From positions 55,333 to 119,332 of the forward strand of contig CAVXZE010000006.1 in assembly GCA_963766175.1 (NCBI GenBank): a DNA stretch of 64,000 nucleotides. The letters run 5' to 3'. Below are positions 63,411-64,000 of the stretch, one piece after another. Both the position numbers and the translations under genes were made by a program. A model generated the notes under the pieces. The model saw only the letters and a list, made by a program, of their open reading frames with translations, was not told the origin of the DNA and searched no databases. The stretch's first letter is position 1, and every line of letters begins with the position of its first letter. The stretch is from an uncultured delta proteobacterium. Lineage in GTDB: Bacteria > Myxococcota_A > UBA9160 > UBA6930.

Positions 63411-64000
63411 GTTCGCACCCCGGGCGCGCCGGCTTGCGACGAGGGCGATGGTTCGGTGCTCGAGTGAAACTGCTTGAAGTCGATCACCCTCCCGAAGCGA
63501 GTCAGCAGGTCGTGGTCGTGGGTCACGGTGAGAAGCGTGGCGCCGCGCTCCTCGGCGTAGTCGAAGAGGATCTCGAGGACGCGGCCCTTGTTGGTGGGGT
63601 CGAGGTTTCCGGTGGGTTCGTCGGCCAGCAGCAGCTCGGGCTCGGTGATCAGCGCGCGACACACCGCCGCCCGCTGCTTCTCGCCCTGGGAGAGGCGGTG
63701 GGCGAAGCGGCCGAGCTTGTCGGCCACGCCGACTCTCTCGGCCAGCGTTGCCGCACGCCGGCGCACCGGCGGCTCCAGGCGCAGCGACGGGTTGATGCGG
63801 TAGGGGAGCAGCACGTTGTCCAGCACGCTCAGGTGCTCGAGGAGCTCGAACTCCTGAAAGACCAGGCCGATGTTGCGGATGCGAAACTCCCTGCGACGCG
63901 AGTCGTCGAGGGCGGTCAGCTCCACGCCCTCGGTCACCACGCGACCCCGCTGCGGTGTCGCGATGCCCGCGATCAGGTTCAGCAGCGTGGTCTTGCCCGA
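63407..64000 (-). CDS. ABC transporter ATP-binding protein (MacB/LolD type), N-terminus beyond the window
   Basis: The frame is open to the window edge (..SGKTTLLNLIAG, the end of Walker A). Signature LSQGEKQR, Walker B LLLADEPT, H-loop VTHD. Confidence 0.9.
   Translation of the reverse strand, partial: SGKTTLLNLIAGIATPQRGRVVTEGVELTALDDSRRREFRIRNIGLVFQEFELLEHLSVLDNVLLPYRINPSLRLEPPVRRRAATLAERVGVADKLGRFAHRLSQGEKQRAAVCRALITEPELLLADEPTGNLDPTNKGRVLEILFDYAEERGATLLTVTHDHDLLTRFGRVIDFKQFHSSTEPSPSSQAGAPGVRT

Noticed and set aside
1-64000. Mobile elements, prophage, integrons, toxin-antitoxin pairs or known defence systems.
   Set aside because: No transposase, integrase, recombinase, reverse transcriptase, phage structural, Cas, restriction-modification or typical small TA ORFs were recognisable in any frame. 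I found no terminal inverted repeats or tRNA-flanked boundaries.

Overview
This is a GC-rich chromosomal segment, roughly two-thirds G+C by eye, with very strong GC3 in the real genes. It comes from a diderm bacterium, judged from two RND pumps, a Lol-like ABC system, OmpA-family proteins and many lipobox lipoproteins. I cannot assign taxonomy from sequence alone. I support about 55 protein-coding genes, one of them frameshifted.

Gene content, start to end:
- Start of window: malic enzyme, a Cys-dense Fe-S protein, a frameshifted MFS transporter, an MBL-fold hydrolase, an MDR oxidoreductase and a serine hydrolase.
- Envelope proteins (GxQxG-repeat protein, LamG-VanZ fusion, OmpA) and a HelD/UvrD-like helicase.
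- A catabolic-looking cluster: two QueG/reductive-dehalogenase-like Fe-S paralogs, an FrsA-like hydrolase, a nitrilase, a polytopic membrane protein and an SDR.
- Two RND efflux modules flanking an alanine/glycine:cation symporter. The second runs tetR-mfp-rnd-crotonase with overlapping stop/start codons.
- Two ECF sigma/anti-sigma modules. One is followed by a His-rich CpxP/Spy-like protein. The other has a polytopic anti-sigma with bactofilin-like repeats.
- A 717-aa secreted protein with about ten 19-aa repeats, followed by an ~860-bp gene-free region containing an AT-rich island.
- An FHA-GAF-adenylate/guanylate cyclase, and a thiolase plus DUF35 pair.
- A probable taurine/sulfoacetaldehyde module (MFS, SDR, omega-aminotransferase, Xsc-like TPP enzyme).
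- DUF4398/OmpA lipoproteins with a LolCDE-like ABC system, then GFA, an F420-type LLM oxidoreductase and an AI-2E transporter.
- End of window: a minus-strand string with a MacB-type ATPase, an atypical FtsX permease, a ZnuA-like lipoprotein, a small ORF, and orphan secreted proteins and lipoproteins.

I recognised no rRNA, tRNA, CRISPR, transposase, integrase or phage genes, and no canonical defence system. Most long ORFs in the six-frame track are antisense or out-of-frame shadows typical of high-GC DNA and were rejected.

All function calls rest on motifs recognised by eye. No database search was run. Coordinates of refined starts and small motifs were indexed by hand.
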